This document shows positions 1 to 10,054 of a DNA stretch of 64,000 nucleotides, one piece after another. This DNA is from Deferribacterales bacterium (GTDB taxonomy: Bacteria > Chrysiogenota > Deferribacteres > Deferribacterales > Geovibrionaceae), in contig JBFWMA010000006.1 in NCBI GenBank assembly GCA_050251875.1, forward strand, positions 1 through 64,000, given 5' to 3'. How positions within the stretch are numbered: the first letter of the stretch is position 1; every line of letters starts with the position of its first letter. The position numbers were made by a program, and so were the translations under genes. The notes below the pieces were generated by a model, which was given only the letters and a program-made list of their open reading frames with translations, ran no database searches and had not been told where the DNA came from.

Positions 1-238
1 GGCACGGCGAACATGCCGTACGGATAGTTGTCCCTCAGATCCTGCTTGGTGGTGAACGGGAGTTTCGAAATATCAGAAAGATCATTCACAAGATCAGGTT
101 TGATGTTCAGTTCATCGAACTTCTTTCTGTAAAAGTCAACCTTGCGGTATGCCCTGTTCACAGTGGTCTGAAGTCTCTCAAGCTGGAAAACCTGTCTCTG
201 TTCGACAGGCATTGTTTCTTCGTCTTCCTGCCAGTATC

Positions 239-242
<4 letters not shown>
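1..242 (-). CDS. paaK: Phenylacetate-CoA ligase family protein, paralog 2 (5' part only; runs off the window edge)
   Basis: Not in ORF track. Manual translation from ATG at 242: MRYWQEDEETMPVEQRQVFQLERLQTTV...[22 protein letters not shown], homologous to the N-terminus of 4008..5309 ([21 protein letters not shown]). ATGA overlap with the livF stop. Confidence 0.88.
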
Positions 243-956
<714 letters not shown>

Positions 957-970
<14 letters not shown>

Positions 971-1709
971 CCCCCAGATAAGCCTTCAGAACATCTTTAT
1001 TCTCTCTGATCTCGGCGTATGTGCCTCTGGCGATCACCTCGCCGAAGTTCAGACACACAACATAGTCCGCCAGAGAGGAGATAAACTGCATATCGTGTTC
1101 AACCATGAGTATGCAGACGTTATTCTCAGATACTTTTTTCACCATTTTCGCCAGATTTTCCTTCTCGGCAAGGTTAAGCCCCGCCGCCGGTTCATCCAGC
1201 AGAAGCATTTTCGGGCTGGACATAACTGCCCGCCCCAGCTCAAAGTTTTTCAGAACGCCATAGGGCACGCTGCCCGGAAGCATCTCGGCGTATTCTGTTA
1301 CACCCACGAAATCCAGACACTCCTCTATGCGTCTTCCGGCATCCTTCCAGTAGCCTCTGTTCAGCCTGAAAAGTGTTTTCAGCGATGAAGGCTTCTCCTT
1401 TCCTATGAATCCCAGATACATATTCTCCCTAAGAGTCAGCTCGGGGATGATGTTCAGGTTCTGAAAGGTTCTGGATATTCCGCTCATAAAAACCTGCTCG
1501 GATTTATAAGGCGTAATGTCAGTTCCGGCGAATTTCACCGTGCCGTCCGTGGGCTGCACGAATCCGGTTATCACATTGAACAGAGTGGTCTTTCCGGCTC
1601 CGTTGGGACCTATGAGCGCTGATATGCCTGTTTCAGGCATTTTAAAGCTCACTTCGTTCAGAGCCCTCACACCGCCGAAGCTCACGCCGACATTATTTAT
1701 ATCAAGCAT
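957..1709 (-). CDS. livG: HAAT-family ABC transporter ATPase, LivG-like
   Basis: GPNGAGKTTLFN, RTFQN, LLDEPAAGL, VEHDM, C-terminal AYLG. Confidence 0.92.
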
Positions 1710-2637
1710 TTCTCTTCACCAGTTTCTTTAGTGTACCCGAAATTCCTCCGGGAAAAAACATAACAACCACAGCCAGCACGCCGCCGTATACCAGCATTTC
1801 GTACTCCTCCATGGTGGAGAACAGCTCAGGGATGAGCCCCAGACACACAGCGCCCACAACACCGCCTGTTATGTATCCCAGCCCGCCCACAGTCGCCATA
1901 GCCAGAAGCTCGGCGGAGTATTTGAAGCTGAATGACACAGGACTGATAAAGTGTGTGTAGAAGGCGTATATGCCTCCGTTAAAGGCTGTGAGAGCCGCCA
2001 TGGAAGCAAAGACGAATACCTTTGTTCTGGCGGGGCTTATGCCGTAACTGCGGCAGGCGCTCTCGGAGTTTTTTATGAATTTCAGCTTATTATGCATGAA
2101 AGACTTATCAAAAAGCTCGCAGACGAGCAGAAAAAACACGAAAAATACGCTCATGGCTATGAAAAACGTCTTTTCATCCATCAGATCGTATCCGAATATC
2201 ACTATGTCGCCTATACCCACGAATCCGGAAGGACCTCCTGTGAGAAAGTCCATCTCGTTCATGAATATGTAAATTATCATACCGAATCCCAGTGTCGCCA
2301 TAGCCAGATAGTGACCGTGGAGCTTCAGGATCGGGAAACCGACCATGTAAGCCAATACAAAGGCGATCGCCGCTCCGGCGAACAGCGTCACTATAGGGTT
2401 GATTCCGTATGTGACGGAGAGCACGGCAGAGGTATAGGCGCCTATGCCGAAAAAAGCCGCCTGCCCCATGGAGATGATGCCGGTGTATCCCAGCAGAACG
2501 TTCATGGCGGTGGCGTTGACAGCGTGGATGAGTATCAGCACAGCCACGCCGAGATAATATTCATTCTCTACCCTGAAACCGGTGAGCAGGAGCAGGGCTG
2601 AAACCAGAATTATAAAAAACAGATTGATCCTTTTCAT
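1702..2637 (-). CDS. livM: HAAT-family ABC permease, LivM-like
   Basis: GYTGIISMGQAAFFGIGAY, YLAMATLGF, TGGPSG motifs; multi-TM. Confidence 0.9.
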   Translation of the reverse strand: MKRINLFFIILVSALLLLTGFRVENEYYLGVAVLILIHAVNATAMNVLLGYTGIISMGQAAFFGIGAYTSAVLSVTYGINPIVTLFAGAAIAFVLAYMVGFPILKLHGHYLAMATLGFGMIIYIFMNEMDFLTGGPSGFVGIGDIVIFGYDLMDEKTFFIAMSVFFVFFLLVCELFDKSFMHNKLKFIKNSESACRSYGISPARTKVFVFASMAALTAFNGGIYAFYTHFISPVSFSFKYSAELLAMATVGGLGYITGGVVGAVCLGLIPELFSTMEEYEMLVYGGVLAVVVMFFPGGISGTLKKLVKRNA

Positions 2638-3497
2638 ACTCTGTGCGCCCTCTTCTTGCCGAAAAGACCGTCAGGCTTAACGAACAGAATAAGCAGGATG
2701 ACGAAGAACGCCATGGCGTCCTTGTATCCGGAAGGAATGATGCTGGCGGAAAAACTCTCGAATATGCCGAGCATGAGCCCGCCCGCCACAGCCGCCCAGA
2801 AGTTGCCCATGCCGCCCAGAATAGCGGCGCAGAAACCCTTTAGCCCTATCATGATTCCGTCATCGTATGTAACGAATGTTATGGGAGATATCAGAACTCC
2901 GGCGACACCCGCCATGAAGGAGGCAACACCGAAAGCTATTATGCGCACATTGCGGACGCTGATTCCGCAGGTCTCCGCCGCCGTCTGATCATCGAAACAG
3001 GCACGCATTGCCTTGCCGTATTTTGATTTTTTCAGAAAGAGGTTCAGCCCCCACGCCACCAGAAGCGAAACAATGATTATCAGTACGCTCTGGCTGGATA
3101 TTACACCGCCGGGCATCTTCAGGTTGGTTATGGGGATATAGTCGTCCACCTTCACGCTGTCCCTGCCCCAGGCGTGCATAGCCAGATCACGGAGGATGAT
3201 GGACGCCGCCAGTGTGATGGTGAAAAGGTTGATCTCTGTCTTATACTTACAGAAATTAACAAAAATCCTCTCAAAAAGAGCGCCGATGATAAAACTCCCC
3301 AGTACAGTGATCGGAAGAGCAATAGCGAACGGCACATGAAAGATGGTGAAAAAGGTATATATCAGCATTCCGCCCAACATGACAAACTCGCCCTGAGCGA
3401 AATTGATTATACCTGTAGTGTTATAAATAATATTAAAGCCCAGCGCCACCAGCCTGTATATGCTGCCGCTGGTAAGCCCTGAATACAAAAACTGCAT
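2634..3497 (-). CDS. livH: HAAT-family ABC permease, LivH-like
   Basis: GIINFAQGEF, GKAMRA, LKGFCAAILGGMG, KPDGLFG motifs. Confidence 0.9.
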   Translation of the reverse strand: MQFLYSGLTSGSIYRLVALGFNIIYNTTGIINFAQGEFVMLGGMLIYTFFTIFHVPFAIALPITVLGSFIIGALFERIFVNFCKYKTEINLFTITLAASIILRDLAMHAWGRDSVKVDDYIPITNLKMPGGVISSQSVLIIIVSLLVAWGLNLFLKKSKYGKAMRACFDDQTAAETCGISVRNVRIIAFGVASFMAGVAGVLISPITFVTYDDGIMIGLKGFCAAILGGMGNFWAAVAGGLMLGIFESFSASIIPSGYKDAMAFFVILLILFVKPDGLFGKKRAHRV

Positions 3498-3561
3498 TAA
3501 TCTAACCGCCTAAGTTATTTAACCTGCCTCATAAAAACGAGAGGCACGCCCTGTCTCTTTA

Positions 3562-3993
3562 TCAGATACCGTAGATTTTTGACCCCAGAACCAGATTAAA
3601 GCCCTCTTCGGTCAGTTTTTCAACGGCCTTGTCTGTTTCATCGAAACGGAAAATCATGATGGCGCAGTCGCCTGTTCTTTCCACGAAAGCGTACATATAT
3701 TCCACATTGATATTATGCTTGCTGAGAGCGCCCAGAATCGCCGCCAGACCGCCGGGTTTATCAGGAACCTCAACGGCGATGACGTCTGTGCGTCCCACTG
3801 TGAACTCGTTCTCTTTCAGAATGGTATACGCCTTTTCAGGGTTGTTCACTATCAGTCTGAGTATCCCGAAATCGGATGTGTCGGCCAGAGACAGCGCCCT
3901 GATGTTTATATCATTCTTTCCGAGCAGGCTGGTAACGTCAAACAGTCTGCCTGACTGGTTTTCTATGAAAACTGAGATCTGCTGTAATTTCAT
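3562..3993 (-). CDS. Tandem ACT-domain protein of the type found beside PaaK
   Basis: QISVFIENQSGRL...INIRALSLADTSDFGILRLIV...DKPGGLA...NVEYMYAF; two ACT repeats. Confidence 0.88.
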   Translation of the reverse strand: MKLQQISVFIENQSGRLFDVTSLLGKNDINIRALSLADTSDFGILRLIVNNPEKAYTILKENEFTVGRTDVIAVEVPDKPGGLAAILGALSKHNINVEYMYAFVERTGDCAIMIFRFDETDKAVEKLTEEGFNLVLGSKIYGI

Positions 3994-4007
3994 GCGTCAC
4001 CTCAAAA

Positions 4008-5309
4008 TTATATTTTTCTTTTGTCCAGAACACGCTGGGCTTTGCCCTCGCTTCTGGCTATTGTTTTATGTTCCACGATGCGCACCTTGCAGGTTACGCC
4101 GATCATGTCTTTTATCTCTTTCTCAACACCTTTGGAGAGCTCCTGAAGTCTGCTGATCGTATCGATCATCAGTCCTTCGGTCAACTCTATCTGAACCTCC
4201 AGCGTGTCCATGTTGTCCACTCTGTCCACTATCAGCAGATAGTGGGGAGACAGCTCGGCTTTGTTGACTATGATAGCCTCTATCTGTGACGGGAAGACGT
4301 TCACGCCTCTTATAATGAGCATGTCATCGCTTCTGCCTGTCACTTTGTTCATACGCACTGACGAGCGTCCGCATTTGCAGGGCGCTGTTATCAGGCTGGT
4401 GATGTCTCTGGTGCGGTATCTGATGAGCGGGATAGCCTCTTTCGTGATGGTGGTGAAGACGAGCTCGCCCTCCTCTCCGGCAGGAAGCACATCTCCTGTT
4501 TTGGGGTCGATGGTCTCTACTATGAAGTGATCCTCGCTGATGTGCATGCCTCTCTTCTCTTCCAGACACTCATAGCCTACGCCGGGACCGATGATTTCGC
4601 TGAGACCGTATATATCGGTGGCGTCTATCTGCCATTTGCTCTCTATCTCCTGACGCATGGATTCGGACCAGGGTTCAGCGCCGAATATGCCTACTTTCAG
4701 CTTAAGCTCGCTGATGTTTATCCCCTCTTCCACGGCTGATTCGTAAAGGCTCAGAGCATAGCTGGGTGTGCATGATATGGCTGTGGAGCCGAAATCTTTC
4801 ATCAGCATGAGCTGTTTTTTTGAGTTTCCGCCGGAAATCGGGATTACTGACGCTCCGACCTTCTCCGCTCCGTAATGCGCGCCGAGACCGCCTGTGAACA
4901 GACCGTATCCATAGGCGTTCTGGAGAATGTCTCCTCTGCCCACGCCCGCGGCGGACATGGTTCTCGCCATCAGCTCAGCCCAGGTGTCCACATCTCTGGC
5001 GGTGTAGCCGACCACGGTGGGTTTTCCTGTTGTGCCGCTGGATGCGTGTATGCGAACCACCTGTTCCTGAGGCACGGCAAATAATCCGAAGGGATAGTTG
5101 TCACGCATATCCTGTTTATATGTGAAAGGAAGACGGCGCAGATCGTCCAGAGATTTTATATCCTCCGGCTTCACTCCTGCCTTATCCATGGACATTTTAT
5201 AGAAGGGGACTCTGTGATAGACGTTTTCCAGAAGCTGTTTCAGTCTGGTAAGCTGAAGTTTTCTCAGCTCGTCCTTCGGCATGGTCTCATAATATTGATT
5301 CCAGATCAT
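4008..5309 (-). CDS. paaK: Phenylacetate-CoA ligase family protein, paralog 1
   Basis: AMP-binding P-loop [55 protein letters not shown]. Start moved to ATG 5309, which follows a GGAG SD. Confidence 0.93.
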   Translation of the reverse strand: MIWNQYYETMPKDELRKLQLTRLKQLLENVYHRVPFYKMSMDKAGVKPEDIKSLDDLRRLPFTYKQDMRDNYPFGLFAVPQEQVVRIHASSGTTGKPTVVGYTARDVDTWAELMARTMSAAGVGRGDILQNAYGYGLFTGGLGAHYGAEKVGASVIPISGGNSKKQLMLMKDFGSTAISCTPSYALSLYESAVEEGINISELKLKVGIFGAEPWSESMRQEIESKWQIDATDIYGLSEIIGPGVGYECLEEKRGMHISEDHFIVETIDPKTGDVLPAGEEGELVFTTITKEAIPLIRYRTRDITSLITAPCKCGRSSVRMNKVTGRSDDMLIIRGVNVFPSQIEAIIVNKAELSPHYLLIVDRVDNMDTLEVQIELTEGLMIDTISRLQELSKGVEKEIKDMIGVTCKVRIVEHKTIARSEGKAQRVLDKRKI

Positions 5310-5406
5310 AGTATGCTCCAGTCGGTTATTTGCAGTAGAAAAACTTAACAACTGGAGAGAAAAAAGTCAAACTTAAATCATTAATATCTCAGCCGGAGAT
5401 GAAATA

Positions 5407-7047
5407 TCAGTAATTACGGCAGAAGAGCACAACCTTGTCTTTGGCTCTGTGGGATATTATCCCGCAGATACTTCTGGTATAATCTTTCAGCAGGGGCATT
5501 TTTTTCTCGGATGTGATTATGACAAACTCGTCCAGCGCCTGAAGATATTCCGCCACACCCTCGGGGGTGTTTCTGTAATAGGGGCTAATCTCCTCTTCCG
5601 TCTGAAAGTTGGTCTCACGCTTCATCCCGAACATGACGGGCTTCACATCGTCAAAATAAAAGCTGACGGAAGGCGCAGACATCATGAACATCACCACCGG
5701 ATATTTTCCGGCAGGGTCAAATTTTTTGATATCGTTCACAGTGTTCTCATACCCTTTGAAATGATCGTTGGAGAGAATCAGAGCGAAGTTGATAACCAGC
5801 GACAGCATCAGAAGATATCCTGTGACTGCCAGCAGATATCTTTTGATAAAGACTTTTTTATAAACGCAATAGCCTGTCAGAGCGAGCAGAGCCACCGCCG
5901 CCAGAGCGATGGGCAGAGCGTCCACACGCATGAATTTCACTATGAAAGGAACGGGTATCAGAGCGAACGATATTATCATGAACAGATATTCAACCACCGT
6001 GGTGGACGGAACTCTGCGCATTTTCGCCGCTATGATTATAACCGCCGCCGGATAGAAAGGCAGAATATAGTTAGCCAGTTTGCTGGCGGAAAGCTCAAAA
6101 ACGATGAAAGGCATCAGCACATAAAGGTAAAGCACCCAGCCTGTTTTCAGACCGGAAGGTTTTTTCATGTCTCTGAAAAACAGATGAACGAACGGAAAAA
6201 GAGACAGCAGAAAAACGAATGGGAAGAAGTAAAAGGGCTTATTTCGCCCGAAACGGGACGAATCCGCCACCCTCTCCACCGTCTGGTCGTACAGAAAATA
6301 TTTCAGAAGTCCCTCGTTCACAGACACCACATAAAGATACCACGGTAGAGCGATCACGGCGAAAACAGCCACGCCCGCCAGAATCTCTTTCAGCGAAAAG
6401 ATCTTTCTGTGTCCTCTGTCGAAAACCTTGGCGGTGATGAACGGCAGCAGGGTGAAAAGAAAGATTATCGGTCCTTTGGTGAGAAAACCAAGACCTATCA
6501 TCAGCCCCGCCATGACAGCGTTCAGAATGTTTCTTCTGACATACATCTGGGAAAAGATGAAATAAAGAGCGGCGATGGAAAAGAATGTCAGGAAAATATC
6601 TGTGGAAACAACCCTGCCCACTACTATGAAAAGCAGCGATGAGGCGAGCACCAGCATGGATATATCCGCCTTGTCCCTGTCTCCGGTCAGAATATATGCC
6701 GTCTTTCTGGTATATACGAGTGTGAGCACGGCGAACACGGCGCTGAAAAATCTGGCGCCAAGACCGTTAATGCCGAAAATCTGTAACCCCAGAGCAGTTA
6801 TCCAATAGGTAAACGGAGGTTTATGAAAGTGTTTGATACCGTTATAATAAGGCTCCATGAAGTTGCCGCTTCTGAGCATCTCACGGGCTATCTCTGAATA
6901 TCTGGCGTCCGTGGACTCGTAAACATTGAGCCAGTAAGCCGGAATCAGCAGGACTATAAAATAGATAAAAAGGAATGTATAAAATCCTCTGCCGTTAATC
7001 GGCTGAAGACTGCCTTTCAAGTCTGATGAAATATAAGTTTCTGACAT
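5407..7047 (-). CDS. ArnT/GT83-like integral membrane glycosyltransferase (polyprenyl-phosphate-sugar donor; lipid A modification)
   Basis: ESTDARYSEIAREM, KPPFTYW, GFLTKGP, LPWY, SKLANYILP motifs; many TM segments. Confidence 0.85.
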   Translation of the reverse strand: MSETYISSDLKGSLQPINGRGFYTFLFIYFIVLLIPAYWLNVYESTDARYSEIAREMLRSGNFMEPYYNGIKHFHKPPFTYWITALGLQIFGINGLGARFFSAVFAVLTLVYTRKTAYILTGDRDKADISMLVLASSLLFIVVGRVVSTDIFLTFFSIAALYFIFSQMYVRRNILNAVMAGLMIGLGFLTKGPIIFLFTLLPFITAKVFDRGHRKIFSLKEILAGVAVFAVIALPWYLYVVSVNEGLLKYFLYDQTVERVADSSRFGRNKPFYFFPFVFLLSLFPFVHLFFRDMKKPSGLKTGWVLYLYVLMPFIVFELSASKLANYILPFYPAAVIIIAAKMRRVPSTTVVEYLFMIISFALIPVPFIVKFMRVDALPIALAAVALLALTGYCVYKKVFIKRYLLAVTGYLLMLSLVINFALILSNDHFKGYENTVNDIKKFDPAGKYPVVMFMMSAPSVSFYFDDVKPVMFGMKRETNFQTEEEISPYYRNTPEGVAEYLQALDEFVIITSEKKMPLLKDYTRSICGIISHRAKDKVVLFCRNY

Positions 7048-7642
7048 ATATAAGTATACCTACGCTTTGACCTGCTATAAAAACAGCATCGTGCACCATC
7101 ACGGAATAAATCAGCAGAAGCACGCTGCCTATTAAACTAAAATACCAGAACAATACCGGAAATGCACTTTTTTTAATTTTCTCTGAATAAAGCCACTGCA
7201 CCAGAAAACGCAGAAAGAACATGGATTGAGCCACCAGTCCCACTGCCAGAATAAAACCGGTGTAGTGAATTTTCCCTTTTCTGGGAATATCGGGAAAGAA
7301 ATACGCTGCCAGCCCCACCATTCCGAAATAGACCAGAAGCATCAGGATCATCTTAACCCCGAAAGACCTGCTTCTCGTGCCTCTCTCTTTATACACCAGA
7401 GAAATGTTTCTCAGATATATAATAGCGCCTGTGGACTGCCCCAGTATGAACACAGGGTCTTTTATCAGAATAGCGTATGTCAGCAGCATAAAACCGCCGG
7501 CAATGCTGAAATACCAGAAGGCGAGCGGAACAGCGCTCTTCTTGTTCTTCTCGGTGTAGAGCCACTGAAGAACGAAACGCATGAAAAAAAGAACCTGCCC
7601 GGCAAAGCCGAAGACAGTCAGCAGAGTGCTATAGACCGACAT
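6995..7642 (-). CDS. Membrane protein with two lipid A biosynthesis N-terminal (LAB_N) repeats
   Basis: Internal repeat: FFMRFVLQWLYTEKNKKSAVPLAFWYFS...DPVFILGQ..IYLRN versus FFLRFLVQWLYSEKIKKSAFPVLFWYFS...DAVFIAGQ..IYVRN. Confidence 0.85.
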   Translation of the reverse strand: MSVYSTLLTVFGFAGQVLFFMRFVLQWLYTEKNKKSAVPLAFWYFSIAGGFMLLTYAILIKDPVFILGQSTGAIIYLRNISLVYKERGTRSRSFGVKMILMLLVYFGMVGLAAYFFPDIPRKGKIHYTGFILAVGLVAQSMFFLRFLVQWLYSEKIKKSAFPVLFWYFSLIGSVLLLIYSVMVHDAVFIAGQSVGILIYVRNLYFIRLERQSSAD

Positions 7643-8348
7643 TAGTCTCTTTCACCCTTATTTTCAGATATCTTTTCTGCATCCAGCGGACGCATATCAG
7701 GTCATAGAGTCCTTCTATGCCCCTTCTCAGGTTGGTGTATTTAGACACGCCGAACTGTCTGTGTCTGTGGTTCACCTTAACCTCTGTAACGTTCGCCCCC
7801 TCCAGACGCATCAGAGCGGGAAGAAACCTGTGCATACCCTTGAACATTCTGATTTTTTTCAGCATATCCGCTCTCATGACTTTCAGAGAGCATCCTGTGT
7901 CGTGCATGCCGTCATTTATTATAGAGTTGCGTACCTTGTTGCCTATTTTGCTTGCTATTTTTTTAGACAGCGTGTCCTTGCGGTTGTGACGCCATCCGTT
8001 TATCATGTCGTACTGACCGAAAAGTTTCAGCATTTCGGGAATATCTTTCGGATCGTTCTGAAGATCGGCGTCCATAGTGATTATAATCTCACCGAGAGCC
8101 GCCTGAAAACCGGCATAGAGAGCGCCGGACTGTCCGGTGTTTTTCTCGAAGGCGATATATCTGACATTCTTGTCCGATGCCGCCAATTGTCTTATGACAT
8201 CAAGGCTTTTGTCCTTGCTGCAATCATCCACGAAGATGATTTCGTATTCCCCGCCCAGAACATCGCACACGCCGATGATCTCTCCATAGAGCAGGGGCAG
8301 GTTATCTTCTTCATCATAAACAGGTATCACATATGATATTTTTTGCAT
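7629..8348 (-). CDS. GT2 polyprenyl-phosphate glycosyltransferase (ArnC/DPM1-like)
   Basis: VIPVYDEEDNL, FVDDCSKD, TMDADLQNDP, DTGCSLK, MHRFLP, SKY. Start set at ATG 8348 (MQKISY). Confidence 0.88.
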   Translation of the reverse strand: MQKISYVIPVYDEEDNLPLLYGEIIGVCDVLGGEYEIIFVDDCSKDKSLDVIRQLAASDKNVRYIAFEKNTGQSGALYAGFQAALGEIIITMDADLQNDPKDIPEMLKLFGQYDMINGWRHNRKDTLSKKIASKIGNKVRNSIINDGMHDTGCSLKVMRADMLKKIRMFKGMHRFLPALMRLEGANVTEVKVNHRHRQFGVSKYTNLRRGIEGLYDLICVRWMQKRYLKIRVKETNVGL

Positions 8349-8439
8349 TAGTCTTCCAAGTACGGTTTTATCCATTTTGATAATCAGGGTTTTCTAACAT
8401 AATAAAAGGGTTAATACAATAAATAAAAAATCAGCGTCT

Positions 8440-8478
8440 TGATTAATTTTTAACCAAACAGTGACTTGATTTTAACCA
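8440..8478 (+). promoter_or_regulatory. Two 17-bp candidate enhancer (bEBP, NtrC-like) sites upstream of the amtB sigma54 promoter
   Basis: TGATTAATTTTTAACCA (8440-8456) and TGACTTGATTTTAACCA (8462-8478); starts 22 bp apart; partial dyad symmetry. Confidence 0.55.
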
Positions 8479-8529
8479 CCGACAGACAGCAAAATCCGTG
8501 AAAATCCTAATTTTTATGTTAAATAATTT

Positions 8530-8545
8530 TGGCATGTCATTTGCG
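8530..8545 (+). promoter_or_regulatory. Sigma54 (-24/-12) promoter of amtB
   Basis: TGGCAT-GTCAT-TTGCG matches TGGCAC-N5-TTGC(A/T); ends 33 nt before the ATG. Confidence 0.85.
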
Positions 8546-8578
8546 TATAAATAGGCGATTTAAAACACGGGGTGACTT

Positions 8579-9835
8579 ATGAAAAAGATTCTCATTTCAT
8601 TGGCAGTGCTGCTGACTTCATTTTCAGCATTTGCCGACGAAGCGGCAATTGACACAGGCGACACGGCCTGGCTTCTTGTCTCTTCAGCTTTTGTTCTTCT
8701 GATGCTTCCTGGTCTGGCGCTGTTTTACGGCGGTATGGTCAGAGCCAAGAACGTGCTTTCCACTTTCCTCTACAGCTTTACAGCTCTGACTGTTGTCGGG
8801 CTTCAGTGGGCTGTGGTCGGCTTCACGCTGGCCTTCGGCGAAAGCGATTCGCCTTTCATCGGCAGCATGCAGTACGCCTTTTTCGGCGGTGATTTCGCAT
8901 CCGCTCTCTCCGGCACCATTCCTCTTTCTGTCTTCGCTATGTTTCAGGGAATGTTCGCCATCATCACAGTCGCTCTTATCAGCGGCGCCGTGGTAGAAAG
9001 AATGAAATTTTCAGCCTGGGTGATCTTCATGATCGTCTGGTCTACAGTAGTATATTCTCCCGTTGCCCACTGGGTATGGGCAGGTTCAGGCTGGCTGTTT
9101 AAAATGGGCGCTCTGGACTTCGCCGGCGGTACAGTTGTTCACTTCTCATCAGGCTGCGCCGCTCTGGCTCTGGCTCTGATGCTGGGCAACAGAAAAGATT
9201 TCATGAAATCAGCCGTTATCCCCCACAACCTGACACAGACGCTGATAGGCGCCGGTCTTCTGTGGTTCGGCTGGTTCGGATTTAACGCCGGTTCTGCTCT
9301 GGCTTCCGGCACACTGGCAGGTCTCGCCTTTACCAACACAATGATAGCCGCTTCCGCCGCAGGCGTGAGCTGGATGATCATGGAATGGATACACGGAAAA
9401 CCCAGCGCACTGGGCGTTGCTTCCGGTATAGTTGCCGGTCTGGTTGCCATCACTCCGGCGGCAGGATTTGTAGCCCCCTCAGGCGCTATCGCCATCGGTC
9501 TTATGGTGGGTGTGCTCTGCTGTTACGGTATCAGGCTGAAATTCAAACTGAAACTTGACGATTCTCTGGACGTTTTCGGAATCCACGGTCTCGGCGGTCT
9601 TTTCGGCGCTATCATCACAGGCGTTTTCGCCATAGAGGGCAAGGGACTTATCTCCGGCAACTCCGGTCAGGTTCTTATTCAGACTATCGGTGTTCTTTCA
9701 GCGGGCGCTTACTCCTTCGTGGTTACACTGATTATCGCCTACATACTGAAAAAGACTATCGGTCTGCGCATCACTCCCGAGCAGGAATCAGAAGGTACTG
9801 ACCTTAACCAGCACGGTGAAAAAGCGTATAACTAA
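8579..9835 (+). CDS. amtB: Ammonium transporter
   Basis: Signal peptide, GDTAW, PGLALFYGG, DFAGGTVVH, WFGWFGFNAGS, GLVAITP, DDSLDVFGIHG, HGEKAY. Confidence 0.97.
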   Translation: MKKILISLAVLLTSFSAFADEAAIDTGDTAWLLVSSAFVLLMLPGLALFYGGMVRAKNVLSTFLYSFTALTVVGLQWAVVGFTLAFGESDSPFIGSMQYAFFGGDFASALSGTIPLSVFAMFQGMFAIITVALISGAVVERMKFSAWVIFMIVWSTVVYSPVAHWVWAGSGWLFKMGALDFAGGTVVHFSSGCAALALALMLGNRKDFMKSAVIPHNLTQTLIGAGLLWFGWFGFNAGSALASGTLAGLAFTNTMIAASAAGVSWMIMEWIHGKPSALGVASGIVAGLVAITPAAGFVAPSGAIAIGLMVGVLCCYGIRLKFKLKLDDSLDVFGIHGLGGLFGAIITGVFAIEGKGLISGNSGQVLIQTIGVLSAGAYSFVVTLIIAYILKKTIGLRITPEQESEGTDLNQHGEKAYN

Positions 9836-9866
9836 GATTTCTCAGCACAATATGTTTGATATATAT

Positions 9867-9893
9867 AAAGGGAGCCTGATGGCTCCCTTTTTT
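9867..9893 (+). terminator. Rho-independent terminator after amtB
   Basis: AAAGGGAGCC-TGAT-GGCTCCCTTT followed by a T tract. Confidence 0.85.
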
Positions 9894-9901
9894 ATATTCT
9901 A

Positions 9902-10031
9902 CGGAAATTTTTCCATCCATGGAAAATTTCCGATACGCTTCAATCGGGTAAAACCCTCATTCCGCTCACTCTACATTCATTCAGCCTGTTAAAACAGTCT
10001 TCATTCATTCCGAGGGCTTTATCCTAAAGCC
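9902..10031 (-). repeat. Multi-hairpin intergenic repeat family A, copy 1 (inverted relative to copy 2)
   Basis: Aligns by eye to the reverse complement of 10055-10185; four hairpins and conserved linkers CGATAC, TCATTCCGCT, TTCATTCA. Confidence 0.8.
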
Positions 10032-10054
10032 GTCAATTACCACACAACAAACTT

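Noticed and set aside
6995..7047. 53-nt LAB_N/ArnT overlap as a frameshifted fusion
   Set aside because: Both ORFs look complete, no slippery sequence is evident, and a later TTG start (7020) would shorten the overlap.
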